A stretch of 32,000 nucleotides of DNA, taken from the NCBI RefSeq assembly GCF_000020025.1, contig NC_010628.1, positions 6,750,001 to 6,782,000 on the forward strand. The letters run 5' to 3'. Each line of letters begins with the position of its first letter. The first letter of the stretch is position 1. Under the pieces are notes generated by a model, which saw only the letters and a program-made list of their open reading frames with translations, was not told the origin of the DNA and did not search any database. This DNA is from Nostoc punctiforme PCC 73102 (GTDB lineage Bacteria > Cyanobacteriota > Cyanobacteriia > Cyanobacteriales > Nostocaceae). Positions 1 through 8,382 of the stretch are shown here, piece after piece. Made by a program: the position numbers and the translations under genes.

Positions 1-150
1 AGTTTTGCTGAACGCAAAGCAAAAAGAGATGCGGCTACAATTCAGAAAAGAGCAAACGAAGATGCATCTCGGACTAAAGAAGCAGTAGACAACACAAAGA
101 ATGTTGTTGAGCGTACCGTTGATAACATCAAGGATGCTTTTGGTAAATAG
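1..150 (+). CDS. 3' end of a hypothetical charged/helical protein (partial, continues upstream of the window)
   Basis: Frame 1 is open from nt 1 to TAG at 148-150. It translates to SFAERKAKRDAATIQKRANEDASRTKEAVDNTKNVVERTVDNIKDAFGK*, which is Lys/Glu/Ala-rich and stress-protein-like. A strong hairpin terminator follows. Confidence 0.45.
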   Translation, partial: SFAERKAKRDAATIQKRANEDASRTKEAVDNTKNVVERTVDNIKDAFGK

Positions 151-186
151 CAATCTAATTTGATTTCGTTCAAATCAAAAGGCTTA

Positions 187-225
187 GATCCCCGATTTCT
201 CAAATAAATCGGGGATCTTGTTGTT
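187..225 (+). terminator. Rho-independent terminator of the partial upstream gene
   Basis: Perfect 11-bp stem gatccccgatt (187-197) / aatcggggatc (207-217), followed by ttgttgtt. Confidence 0.65.
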
Positions 226-395
226 GAGGAAGATTATTAAGTAAATAAATACTGAATGTATTTAAAATAGTTAAGTATTTTTAAATACATATTTGTTGCA
301 CCTAGATTAACTAGCGATCGCAGATAAAATTAGCTGCTATAGAACTCATATTTTGATTTTTAAAAAACTCAGTACAACTTAAAAAGCCTTCTTTA

Positions 396-420
396 CCTCT
401 TGCCTCTTGCCTCTTGCCTG
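396..420. repeat. Tandem heptamer repeat (CCTCTTG) x3.5, STRR-type
   Basis: cctcttg cctcttg cctcttg cctg read directly from the sequence. It is followed by a dispersed-repeat-like segment (421-459) related to 11355-11425 (inverted) and 25130-25155. Confidence 0.85.
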
Positions 421-652
421 CCCACGCTAGTAAGTATGGCTACGGCACGCGAATAAGAGAAAAAATAATTGTTAAATTGTTTGCTAGCAATTAGGCTGCT
501 CGTCGTATAGCTGGAAACAGAATATTTAACTTTCTTTTTTAATCGTTTAAAAAGCCAAAAGCGAGCGAGCTAGTTAAGGAATTTCCGCAAAACAATTTTG
601 AAAAGTTGATTTTATATACAAATCATGTAATCTATTTAAGTGACATTACTTA

Positions 653-681
653 TTGACAAATGTGCTGTGGCTTTATGTAAT
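653..681 (+). promoter_or_regulatory. Candidate sigma70-type promoter upstream of dxs
   Basis: TTGACA (653-658), 17-nt spacer, TGTAAT (676-681), about 180 nt upstream of the dxs ATG. Motif match only. Confidence 0.25.
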
Positions 682-858
682 TACAACCTGATTTTGACAA
701 TTTGTTAATGGTTAACAAATTTTCCACCATTATTAATTACGAAGTTATACTTTCCACTACAACTTAGTAACAATGTAAGAGTGTGATTATATGGACAACC
801 CGACCGTGGGAAAATCAAAATACTGAAAAAGTGAAATTAGAGAGGAAAACACTATAAT

Positions 859-2766
859 ATGCACTTGAGCGAAATCACCCATCCTAATCAGTTGCACGGT
901 TTATCTGTTCGCCAACTGCAACAGATTGCCCGTCAGATTCGAGATAAGCATCTCCAAACCGTAGCAGTTAATGGTGGACACTTGGGGCCAGGGTTGGGTG
1001 TTGTAGAATTAACACTAGGACTTTACCAGACACTGGATTTAGATCGGGATAAAGTGATTTGGGATGTAGGACACCAAGCTTATCCCCACAAACTGCTTAC
1101 AGGACGCTACGATCGCTTCCACACCCTTAGACAAAAGGACGGAGTTGCAGGTTATCTCAAACTCTGTGAAAACAAATTTGATCACTTTGGGGCTGGACAT
1201 GCTTCTACAAGTATTTCAGCAGCATTAGGCATGGCTTTAGCGCGAGACTTGAAAGGCGAAAAATTTAAAGCCGTCGCTGTTATTGGGGATGGGGCGCTGA
1301 CTGGAGGTATGGCATTAGAAGCCATCAACCATGCGGGACACATGCCAAAAACTAACCTGTTGGTTGTTCTCAACGACAACGACATGTCCATATCTCGCAA
1401 CGTCGGCGCAATTCCCCGCTATCTGAACAAAATGCGCCTCAGCCAGCCGGTGCAATTTATTAAAGATAATCTTGAGGAACAATTTAAGCAGATTCCCTTC
1501 GTGGGTGAATCTCTGTCTCCCGAACTCGGACGCATCAAAGAAGGTATGAAACGTTTGGCTGTTCCCAAGGTAGGGGCAGTGTTTGAAGAACTCGGCTTTA
1601 CCTACATTGGACCAGTAGATGGGCATAATCTCGAAGAATTGATTACCACCTTTCAACAGGCACATCAGATACAAGGCCCTGTTTTAGTACATGTGGCAAC
1701 AGTGAAAGGCAAAGGCTATGAAATTGCTGAACTAGATCAAGTTGGCTACCACGCCCAAAGTCCCTTTAACGTTGCAACTGGCAAAGCTATTCCTTCTAAT
1801 AAACCCAAACCTCCAGCTTATGCCAAAGTCTTTTCTCACACTCTGGTAAAACTTGCCGAACAAAACCCCAAAATCGTTGGGATTACTGCGGCTATGGCAA
1901 CGGGAACAGGTTTAGATAAACTTCAAGCCAAACTGCCCAATCAATATGTTGATGTCGGCATTGCTGAACAACACGCAATCACCCTAGCAGCAGGACTGGC
2001 AACTCAAGGAATGCGCCCCGTAGCTGCCATTTATTCTACCTTCCTGCAACGTGCTTATGACCAGATAATTCATGATGTCTGCATCCAAAATCTGCCAGTG
2101 TTTTTCTGCCTAGATAGGGCAGGAATTGTCGGATCTGATGGTCCCACTCACCAAGGTATGTATGACATCGCTTATCTGCGTTGCATTCCCAATATCGTCA
2201 TCATGGCACCCAAAGACGAAGCAGAACTGCAACGTATGGTAGTAACTGGTGTTAACCATACCAGTGGCCCGATCGCTATGCGCTACCCTCGCGGCAACGG
2301 CCACGGCGTTCCCCTGATGGAGGAAGGTTGGGAACCTTTGGAAATCGGTAAAAGCGAAATTCTCCGCACCGGCGATGACGTGTTAATCGTCGCTTATGGC
2401 ACAATGGTTTATCCAGGGATGCAAGCTGCTGAAATTCTCAGCGAACATGGCATTGAAGCAACTGTAATCAATGCGCGTTTTGTTAAGCCTTTGGATACCG
2501 AGTTGATTTTGCCTTTGGCTAAGAAAATCGGCCGCGTCATTACCTTAGAGGAAGGTTGTATTATGGGTGGCTTTGGTTCTGCGATCGCTGAAGCCTTAAT
2601 GGATGCAGATATTCTAGTTCCAGTCAAGCGATTCGGTGTACCAGATGTGTTAGTAGATCATGCTGAACCCAATGAATCTAAGACAGAACTAGGTTTAACT
2701 AGTCATCAAATAGCAGAAAGAGTTTTGCAAGCTTTCTTTAAGCAGCAAGTATCTGCTGTGGTTTAG
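859..2766 (+). CDS. dxs: 1-deoxy-D-xylulose-5-phosphate synthase
   Basis: 635 aa. Typical DXS N-terminus ([18 protein letters not shown]...[14 protein letters not shown]) and TPP-binding motif [13 protein letters not shown]. Transketolase-like pyrimidine-binding and C-terminal domains run along the full length. Confidence 0.97.
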
Positions 2767-2785
2767 TTAATTCTTAGTAGAATGA

Positions 2786-2818
2786 ATCGCCCACACTTGT
2801 GACTCAGGTGTGGGCGAT
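2786..2818 (+). terminator. Hairpin 20 nt downstream of the dxs stop (possible terminator; contains HIP1)
   Basis: 11-bp stem atcgcccacac (2786-2796) / gtgtgggcgat (2808-2818). There is no clear T-tract after it. Confidence 0.4.
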
Positions 2819-2865
2819 CGCTAGATTGAATTTAGGAAAACTTTCCTACTTAACTAAGTAATAAC

Positions 2866-2915
2866 TAAGTAAGTGGGCGTAAATAATTGTCGTTGGGATA
2901 AGGCAATAGGCATCA
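2866..2915 (+). repeat. Copy A of a dispersed repeat (left-end module of a MITE-like family)
   Basis: taagtaagtgggcgtaaataattgtcgttgggataaggcaataggca is near-identical over ~50 nt to 11476-11525. A right-end partner is not clearly recognisable here. Confidence 0.7.
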
Positions 2916-3196
2916 GTAGCAAATTAACTCAGAAAAAAATTTGTTAATTAGCTCAAAATCTCTGTTTATGAGGTTAGGCTGTAGCCAATGTTGAGTAACT
3001 TGCTTGCACAGTTGGTTGTACCCGTAATTAAAAAAGCACTTGGACATTGACAAGTATTAAATAGTACCAAGCATCTAAATCAATATTTTTGTTTTTATTA
3101 CACTTAGAATTAAATAATATTGTAAGAATTTCGGACAATAAATTAAGTATACTTGGCAACTATACAATTTAGAAAATTTGTGTTTGAGACAATTTG

Positions 3197-6100
3197 ATGC
3201 TGGAATTCTGGAAAAGCCTTTTTGCTTACAAACAGTTTATTCCCCACGGTCATTGCTATCTTTGGAAACCAGAATTAGTGGGGTTGCATATTGTATCCGA
3301 CAGTTTAATTGCGCTTGCTTATTATTCCATTCCGATCGCGCTAGTTTATTTTGTCCGCAAACGCCAAGACTTTCCTTTCAACTGGATATTTCTGCTATTT
3401 GCAACATTCATTATTACTTGTGGTACTACCCACCTGATGGACATTTGGACGCTATGGTATCCAACTTATTGGTTGAGTGGGTGCATTAAAGCTATTACAG
3501 CCATAATTTCCCTGTACACAGCTTCTGAACTTATACCTTTAATACCAAAAGCACTTGCTCTCCCAAGTCATGCACAACTGGAGATAGCCAATCAAGAACT
3601 AGAGCGGGAAATCAGCATACGCAAACAGGCAGAACTTGCACTACAAGAGCGTGAAGCTATGTTGCGGCGAATTAGCGATAATCTGCCCAATGGGGCAATT
3701 TATAAGGTAATCCGCGAATTGGATGGTAGCGATCGCTTTGACTATATAAGCGCGGGGATTGAAAGACTGATGGAAGTCAGAGTAGAAGACGTACTGAAAG
3801 ATTCAAGTTTGCTCTATCGCCAGTTTATCCCAGAAGATGTACCACTCCTCCAGGCAGCAGTCGATGAATCTCGGCGGAATTTCTCGGTGTTTGATATACA
3901 ACTGCGAATTCAAACGCCCAGCGCTCGCCTGAAATGGCTCCATTTTCGTTCCACGCCACGCCAGTTGCAGGATGGTCGTGTAGTTTGGGATGGGCTGGTG
4001 GTGGATGTCACCGACCTCAAACGTGTTGAAGAAACACTACGCAAGAGTGAAGCCTTATTAGAAGAATCTCAGCAAGTTGCTCGTCTTGGTAATTGGGAGT
4101 TTGAACTTGCCACTGGCAAAATTACTTGGTCAAAGCAGCTGTTCGACCTTTTTAATCGAGATCCCGAACTTCTTGAGCCGAACTACCAAGAAAATCTGCA
4201 ACTGTACTGCCCAGAAGATGCAGGAAAATTAGCCCAAGCTACCGAGCGGGCAATGTCAACTGGCGAATCTTACCAACTCATTCTGCGCGCATCTCCAATT
4301 TACGGGTCTACTATTTATATTGAGGGGATTGGACATGCAGAATTCAACGCGGATGGAAAAGTAATTCGCCTCTATGGAACTGCCCAAGATGTTACAGAAC
4401 GGCAAGCCGCACTCAACAAACGCAAACAAGCCGAGGAAGAACTCCGACGCAGTGAAACGCTGCTAGCTACTGCTCAAAAGATTGCCCATCTGGGCAGTTG
4501 GGAATGGCACTTAGGGTCTGAGAAACAAATTTGGTCAGCCGAAACCTTCCGCATTTTCGGTCTAAATCCTGCTGAATCAGTACCGACGCAGGCTACATTT
4601 CTCCAGATGCTTTACCCAGAAGACCGACCAGTGTTGCAGAGGCATCTACTACAGGCGATCGCTAATGGCAACCCTTTCAATCTTGAATATCGCATTGTCC
4701 AGCCTGATGGCTCATTGCGCTACCTGGAGTCGAGAGCAGAGGTAGCTTATGATACTCAAGGTAAGACTGTTAGACTGTATGGAGCTATTCTAGATATTAC
4801 AGAACGCAAACAAGCAGAAATTGCTCTCAAACAAAGCGAGATTCGCTACCGTGCCATTGTCGAAGATCAGACTGAATTCATTGCCCGATATTTACCAGAC
4901 GGCACAATCACCTTTGTTAACCAAGCTTTTACACGTTATTTTGGGCGATCGCCAGAGCAACTGATTGACAGCTGCTATCAACCGATTATCTTTGAGGCCG
5001 ATCGAGAGCGAGTTGCTCAATTAATAGCTGCAATGAATGCTGATAATCCTGTTGCCATCATTGAGAATCGCGTGATTCTGGAAGATAGTGTGCGTTGGAC
5101 TCAGTGGCATAATCGGATGCTGTTTGACGAGCAAGGATGCTTTATAGAATTTCAAACGGTGGGACGGGATATCACAGCCCTCAAGCAAATTGAAGAAACG
5201 CTTTTTCAAGAAAAAGAATTAGCTCAGGTGACGTTGCAATCGATCAGAGATGCAGTTATTACTACAGATGCCTTTGGTAGGATTCAATACTTGAATCCGG
5301 TTGCAGAATCTCTGATCGGATGTAGTGAAGCATCCGCAAAAGGGGTGCTGTTAGAAGAAGTCTTTAGAATTGTGCATGAAACGACACGGGAGAAGGTTAA
5401 GAACCCAATTGAGCAAGCGTTACAGGAAAATCGAATTGTGAGTTTAGCAAACCATACCGTCTTAATTACCGGGAGGGATCAAGAGATTGCGATTCAAGAT
5501 TCAGCTGCGCCCATTCGTAATCGTGAAGGACAGGTTATTGGCGCGGTTATGGTGTTTCATGACGTGACTCAGAACCGCTTGCTTTCACGTCAGCTATCCT
5601 GGCAGGCAACCCATGATGCCTTAACCGGATTGGTGAATCGCCAGGAATTTGAGCGGCGCGTTGAACAAGCACTGCACGTTGCCAAGTTAGACTACCAGGT
5701 TTATACGTTGTGCTATTTGGATCTCGATCACTTCAAAATCGTAAATGATACCTGTGGTCATGTGGCTGGAGACGAATTACTGCGTCAAATTACTGTCCTC
5801 TTACAGGAGAAGGTTCGGAAAACTGATACATTGGCACGGTTCGGGGGCGATGAATTTGGCCTATTACTCACTCAATGTACGCTGGAGGAAGCTTTACGAG
5901 TTGCCAATAATCTGCTTTCCTGTGTTCAAGAGTTCCGATTTGTTTGGCAAGAGCAGGTATTCTCAATTGGAGTAAGTATCGGCTTGGTCGTTATCGACAC
6001 GAATAGCGAGAGCCTTGCAGAGATTATCAGCACGGCTGACGCAGCTTGCTATACCGCCAAGAACCGGGGACGGAATCGCGTGTACGTTGCTCAGACTGAC

Positions 6101-6871
6101 GACCAGGAGCGGCTGCAACAGCGCGGTCAGATGCAGTGGGTCGGCCGCATTTCTCAGGCTTTGGAAAGTGATTGGTTTTGTCTTTATGTTCAAAGGATTG
6201 CCGCTATTATCCCGACAGATCAAAACGGCGACCATTATGAAGTCCTTCTGCGGCTGCGGGATGAGCAGGGAAAATTAGTGCTGCCGATGGCGTTTATTCC
6301 AGCAGCAGAACGCTACAACTTGATGCACCTGATCGATCGGTGGGTGATTCGGACTCTGTTCAAGAATTGGTCAAGGGTTGTTGACAATAAACAAAGCATC
6401 TATGCAATTAACCTTTCTGGCTCTAGCATCAATGACGATCGATTCATTGACTTTCTGCATGAGCAGTTTACCCTACACCCCATCTCACCCCAGCATATTT
6501 GTTTTGAGATTACCGAGACTGTAGCGATCGCCAATCTGCTCAAAGCCAGGCAGTTCATTCAAAAGCTTCAACGGATGGGCTGTCGCTTCGCATTAGACGA
6601 TTTTGGGGCAGGGATGTCGTCCTTTGCCTATCTAAAGTCTCTGCCTATAGATTACCTCAAAATTGACGGGAGTTTTATTCGTAACATTGTCGAAAATCCT
6701 GTGGATAATGCGATCGTGACAGCAATCACGCGTATTAGCAGTGTCATGGGTATTCAGACGATTGCTGAGTTTGTGGAGAATGACGCTATTTTAGAGCGAA
6801 TTACGGCACTAGGAATTGATTACGCACAGGGATATGGCATTGCAGTACCTCACCCATTGGGGAAAATATAG
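3197..6871 (+). CDS. Membrane sensor: ethylene-binding-type domain, 5 PAS domains, GGDEF diguanylate cyclase, EAL phosphodiesterase
   Basis: The ORF opens at TTG 3194, and ATG 3197 is the likely start. Residues ~20-125 align with the plant ETR1 ethylene-binding domain (VSDSLIALAYYSIPIALVYF...FIITCGTTHLMDIW), with the Cu-ligand Cys (3419-3421) and His (3431-3433) conserved. Repeated PAS/PAC modules follow. GGDEF is intact (5843-5857), with RxxD (RKTD, 5816-5827) at I-site spacing. EAL domain motifs are EVLLR, DDFGAGMSS and KIDGSF. Confidence 0.9.
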   Translation: MLEFWKSLFAYKQFIPHGHCYLWKPELVGLHIVSDSLIALAYYSIPIALVYFVRKRQDFPFNWIFLLFATFIITCGTTHLMDIWTLWYPTYWLSGCIKAITAIISLYTASELIPLIPKALALPSHAQLEIANQELEREISIRKQAELALQEREAMLRRISDNLPNGAIYKVIRELDGSDRFDYISAGIERLMEVRVEDVLKDSSLLYRQFIPEDVPLLQAAVDESRRNFSVFDIQLRIQTPSARLKWLHFRSTPRQLQDGRVVWDGLVVDVTDLKRVEETLRKSEALLEESQQVARLGNWEFELATGKITWSKQLFDLFNRDPELLEPNYQENLQLYCPEDAGKLAQATERAMSTGESYQLILRASPIYGSTIYIEGIGHAEFNADGKVIRLYGTAQDVTERQAALNKRKQAEEELRRSETLLATAQKIAHLGSWEWHLGSEKQIWSAETFRIFGLNPAESVPTQATFLQMLYPEDRPVLQRHLLQAIANGNPFNLEYRIVQPDGSLRYLESRAEVAYDTQGKTVRLYGAILDITERKQAEIALKQSEIRYRAIVEDQTEFIARYLPDGTITFVNQAFTRYFGRSPEQLIDSCYQPIIFEADRERVAQLIAAMNADNPVAIIENRVILEDSVRWTQWHNRMLFDEQGCFIEFQTVGRDITALKQIEETLFQEKELAQVTLQSIRDAVITTDAFGRIQYLNPVAESLIGCSEASAKGVLLEEVFRIVHETTREKVKNPIEQALQENRIVSLANHTVLITGRDQEIAIQDSAAPIRNREGQVIGAVMVFHDVTQNRLLSRQLSWQATHDALTGLVNRQEFERRVEQALHVAKLDYQVYTLCYLDLDHFKIVNDTCGHVAGDELLRQITVLLQEKVRKTDTLARFGGDEFGLLLTQCTLEEALRVANNLLSCVQEFRFVWQEQVFSIGVSIGLVVIDTNSESLAEIISTADAACYTAKNRGRNRVYVAQTDDQERLQQRGQMQWVGRISQALESDWFCLYVQRIAAIIPTDQNGDHYEVLLRLRDEQGKLVLPMAFIPAAERYNLMHLIDRWVIRTLFKNWSRVVDNKQSIYAINLSGSSINDDRFIDFLHEQFTLHPISPQHICFEITETVAIANLLKARQFIQKLQRMGCRFALDDFGAGMSSFAYLKSLPIDYLKIDGSFIRNIVENPVDNAIVTAITRISSVMGIQTIAEFVENDAILERITALGIDYAQGYGIAVPHPLGKI

Positions 6872-6903
6872 CCTGTTCCCGTAGCTGCTTCTCTTCCTTA
6901 GAT

Positions 6904-7027
6904 TAAGTAAGTTGGTAGAAATAAACCAAATTATGTTATGAAACATAAATAGTTTTAAAGTTCTTACTAATGACCACTGACAAAGGACAGCCTTTGCCAG
7001 TTAGCTTTAATTGCGCCAACCTACTTA
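6904..7027 (+). repeat. Copy C of the MITE-like inverted-repeat element (~124 bp)
   Basis: Left end taagtaagttggta (6904-6917). Right end ccaacctactta (7016-7027) is its imperfect reverse complement (about 11/14). The right-end context attgcgccaacctacttagctatag matches attgtgccagcctacttaagtcctatag at 11593-11620. Confidence 0.65.
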
Positions 7028-7110
7028 GCTATAGTTTTAAAACACGCCCTAGTTAAAGTCACTTGTAAGTCAAGCCTCGAAATTACAGCATTTTGTCATT
7101 GCTTGAAAAA

Positions 7111-8292
7111 TCAAACAGTTGGTTCCTGGTATTTGACTCCTCGTTTTTGATGACGGTCATTAGCAACGATAGGATAAACAATGCTGCGTAACCGATTGAT
7201 TGCACCGACAGGACGATGCACTGCTAGACCATTCCCAGGAGAAAAACTGAGATTTTCTCCAAAGTCATTTGCTTGGGGATAATTAACCTTTTGATGCTTA
7301 ATTGTTAGGCGACCAACTGTAAAGAAGGGTGATTCCTCTTCATTCCAAACAATGGTGGTATCATCAATAGACATTTCTGGGCTGGTTTGAAATTGGATTT
7401 GAAAATCCCAATAGTACTCAGCATCAGGCTTTGCTAAAGCTTGAATGATATCCTCTCGGTAGTAGTTGTCCTCTGAACCTGATGCTTTGGCAAGCTTAAG
7501 CTCACTTTCTGATCTCGACTCAAGAGGAAATTGTTGATGAGGTGGTTGACTGGAAACCGGAGTAAATCCATATTTAATCACAGCCGGATATTCCACAGGA
7601 ACTCGACCTGGTTGGGATGGGTCAAAACCAGATTTGAGTCCCACAGAAAATGCTGAAGCACTCCAATAACGTTCTTTAAGTAAACTCTTGGGAAAACGTT
7701 TGAAACTAGTTTGTAAAAGAGTGGATTCGTAGGGATGCAACTTTAGCCAAAAAAGTACCAACAGCTTAAAAAGCGGAAACAGCCCTGCTCGATAAACCGT
7801 CAAAAAGAAGCTGTGGAAGTCTTTGATGGTTCTAACAAAAAAGAATTCGGTATTGTGGGTAATAATATCTTGAGTTTTTAACTCGTGACTTTGCGATAGT
7901 CGTTCTCCTTCTACGCCGATCGCTTTTACGGCCATGGAGCGCGTATCTCCTTCATAGTCATTCTTGACTGAAAACGCGCCATTGGCAAATCGTAACCAAA
8001 CTGGATATTGTTTTGGTGTGGCAAATAAACCTTGTTTGAGGGAAATGGCAGAAAGTTCCGCTTCAGATAATGAGGTGCGTTTGCTCAATTCTTGCTTAAT
8101 TGCTGCTTCATCAAAGTCAAAGATTTCTAGAGTTCCTTGAACAGCGGCGTGGGTTTTAGAATGGGTATCTCTCTTTGCAGTTTTTTTCTTCTTACCTCCG
8201 TAAAGGTTTTCCATATTCTTTTTGACTAACTCACTCATGAGATCGCAATATTTGAGTTCGTCTTTTTCGGGATATTCGGTAAAAAGCTTCAT
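7111..8292 (-). CDS. Catalase-related haem protein (allene-oxide-synthase / fatty-acid hydroperoxide lyase type)
   Basis: KRDTHSKTHAAVQGTLEIF aligns with the catalase distal-His region (RVVHAKGAGAFGYFEV), but with Thr-His instead of Val-His. The C-terminal region RLRSIVYPIVANDRH resembles the proximal Tyr region. The ORF track starts at GTG 8349; ATG 8292 (MKLFTEYPEKDE...) is preferred. It lies directly downstream of the peroxidase-family gene on the same strand. Confidence 0.8.
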   Translation of the reverse strand: MKLFTEYPEKDELKYCDLMSELVKKNMENLYGGKKKKTAKRDTHSKTHAAVQGTLEIFDFDEAAIKQELSKRTSLSEAELSAISLKQGLFATPKQYPVWLRFANGAFSVKNDYEGDTRSMAVKAIGVEGERLSQSHELKTQDIITHNTEFFFVRTIKDFHSFFLTVYRAGLFPLFKLLVLFWLKLHPYESTLLQTSFKRFPKSLLKERYWSASAFSVGLKSGFDPSQPGRVPVEYPAVIKYGFTPVSSQPPHQQFPLESRSESELKLAKASGSEDNYYREDIIQALAKPDAEYYWDFQIQFQTSPEMSIDDTTIVWNEEESPFFTVGRLTIKHQKVNYPQANDFGENLSFSPGNGLAVHRPVGAINRLRSIVYPIVANDRHQKRGVKYQEPTV

Positions 8293-8382
8293 TTTTTTAC
8301 AAGTAGATTTAATAATATGGCGATCGCTTTCGCAAACCAGCGATCGCACTCAAAGCTGATGTGGAATCAATCTTACAATTTC

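Noticed and set aside
220-858. Riboswitch (e.g. TPP) in the long dxs leader
   Set aside because: I looked for the conserved CUGAGA / ACCUGAUCUGGAUAAUGCCAGCG-type cores and did not see them. This needs a covariance-model scan to be sure.
1182-2627. Antisense ORFs inside dxs (1182-1400, 1315-1674, 2110-2304, 2409-2627)
   Set aside because: They lie entirely within, and opposite to, a full-length and strongly recognisable dxs gene. Their translations have no recognisable motifs. They are shadow ORFs.
3178-3489. 103-aa plus-strand ORF overlapping the 5' end of the sensor gene
   Set aside because: It is an alternative frame of the ethylene-binding-domain coding region. The other frame gives a clear match to a known membrane domain.
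5021-6278. Short ORFs on both strands inside the GGDEF/EAL region (5021-5209, 5745-5975, 5963-6235, 6015-6278)
   Set aside because: They are nested in a continuous 1225-aa domain-complete ORF and show no independent signals.
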